This document shows, piece by piece, positions 63,229 to 64,000 of a stretch of 64,000 bases of DNA. A program made the translations under genes and the position numbers. Origin of the DNA: Candidatus Latescibacterota bacterium (lineage in GTDB: Bacteria > Latescibacterota > UBA2968 > GCA-2709665); NCBI GenBank assembly GCA_965205485.1, contig OZ242180.1, positions 3,040,001-3,104,000 on the forward strand. Reading direction: 5' to 3'. The notes under the pieces were generated by a model. The model searched no databases and was not told where the DNA came from. It worked only from the letters and a program-made list of their open reading frames with translations. Position 1 is the first letter of the stretch; the number at the start of each line of letters is the position of its first letter.

Positions 63229-64000
63229 ATGGTCGGTTGCAGGATTACTGCGGTATTGCTCGCGATATCTGTGATTGCGGGATGTGGAAAGGGCGCAAAC
63301 GATTCCCAGCCGGAGGGCCCCGTCACCGAAAATGGCGGTGGGCCGGCAGCCGACAACCGGGTGGATGGATTCACGGTTCAGACGCTGGCGACCGGCCTGG
63401 ACACGCCCTGGGATCTGGCCTGGGGACCGGACGGCCACATCTGGGTGAGCGAGCGTGCGGGAACGATATCCCGGGTGGATACGGCGACGGGCGCGATCGT
63501 CCGTGTTGGGAGCATCGGTGCGTTCGAGTTGAGCGAAAGCGGCTTGATGGGGATCGCCTTTCACCCGGATTTCGAGAGTCAGCCGTTTTTGTATGCGGTT
63601 TATTCTTATAGTACGGGCGACGGTATTCGAAACCGCCTGGTTCGGATGGGATACGACGGAGCGGAGCTTGCCCGGCCTGAAATCCTGTTGAACGGCATTC
63701 CGGGAGCGCCCAATCACGACGGCTCGCGCCTCGCAGTCGGTCCCGACAACATGCTGTATCTCACGACCGGCGACGCGCAATCGCCCCCTCTCGCGCAGGA
63801 CCTTAATTCTCTGGCGGGGAAAGTCCTTCGACTGGACCCGGAAGGAAAACCCGCCGAGGATAATCCGTTTGGCACGGAGGTTTTTTCCTTAGGGCATCGG
63901 AATCCTCAGGGTCTCGTGTTTCACCCCGTGACAGGGGCGCTCTACAGTACGGAACACGGCCCGCTGGATAACGACGAAGTCAACCTGATTGTGCGTGGAG
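63229..64000 (+). CDS. PQQ-dependent glucose/sorbosone dehydrogenase family lipoprotein; runs off window end
   Basis: Not in the ORF track. IAGC lipobox, GLDTPWDLAWGPDG, GLMGIAFHPDF, HDGSRL..GPD..LY..TGD, GHRNPQG, EHGP. Confidence 0.9.
   Translation, partial: MVGCRITAVLLAISVIAGCGKGANDSQPEGPVTENGGGPAADNRVDGFTVQTLATGLDTPWDLAWGPDGHIWVSERAGTISRVDTATGAIVRVGSIGAFELSESGLMGIAFHPDFESQPFLYAVYSYSTGDGIRNRLVRMGYDGAELARPEILLNGIPGAPNHDGSRLAVGPDNMLYLTTGDAQSPPLAQDLNSLAGKVLRLDPEGKPAEDNPFGTEVFSLGHRNPQGLVFHPVTGALYSTEHGPLDNDEVNLIVRG

Overview
GC-rich bacterial window, dense in catabolic and envelope genes. The mix of many PhyH-type Fe/2OG enzymes, heparinase II/III-like lyases, a sulfatase, an M56-TonB fusion and a PD40-Omp85 protein resembles diderm FCB-group or sponge-symbiont lineages such as Latescibacterota or Poribacteria; this is inference only. 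Contents in order: a lyase/deacylase/peptidase operon (1-10.6 kb); a BrnT-BrnA toxin-antitoxin pair; BlaI plus a BlaR1-like M56 protease carrying tandem TonB-C domains; a Tat-exported lyase; a minus-strand aminotransferase/dehydrogenase/3xPhyH/O-methyltransferase/RraA cluster; a sulfatase; TPP riboswitch plus thiC; a CP-ATP-grasp/Amt/alpha-E/transglutaminase operon; an SBP + histidine kinase + REC-PP2C + RsbW + RsbV partner-switching locus; an ECF sigma/anti-sigma with three Spy/CpxP-like genes; ilvB; a candidate stand-alone 6S-like structured RNA; an NCS2 permease with convergent hydantoinase A/B genes; a peptidase-PD40-Omp85 gene; and a partial PQQ sugar dehydrogenase. Main highlights: (1) four of five PhyH-fold genes have HxG/HxA in place of HxD, the Fe/2OG halogenase-type motif, co-varying with an acidic residue before the distal His; (2) an ammonium transporter is translationally coupled inside the ATP-grasp/alpha-E/transglutaminase operon; (3) an unannotated promoter- and terminator-bounded ~170-nt rod-like RNA; (4) a 160-bp MITE targeting TTAG stop codons; (5) a shared N-terminal lipoprotein module fused to two different cargo domains. 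All calls are from reading motifs by eye; no database searches were run.
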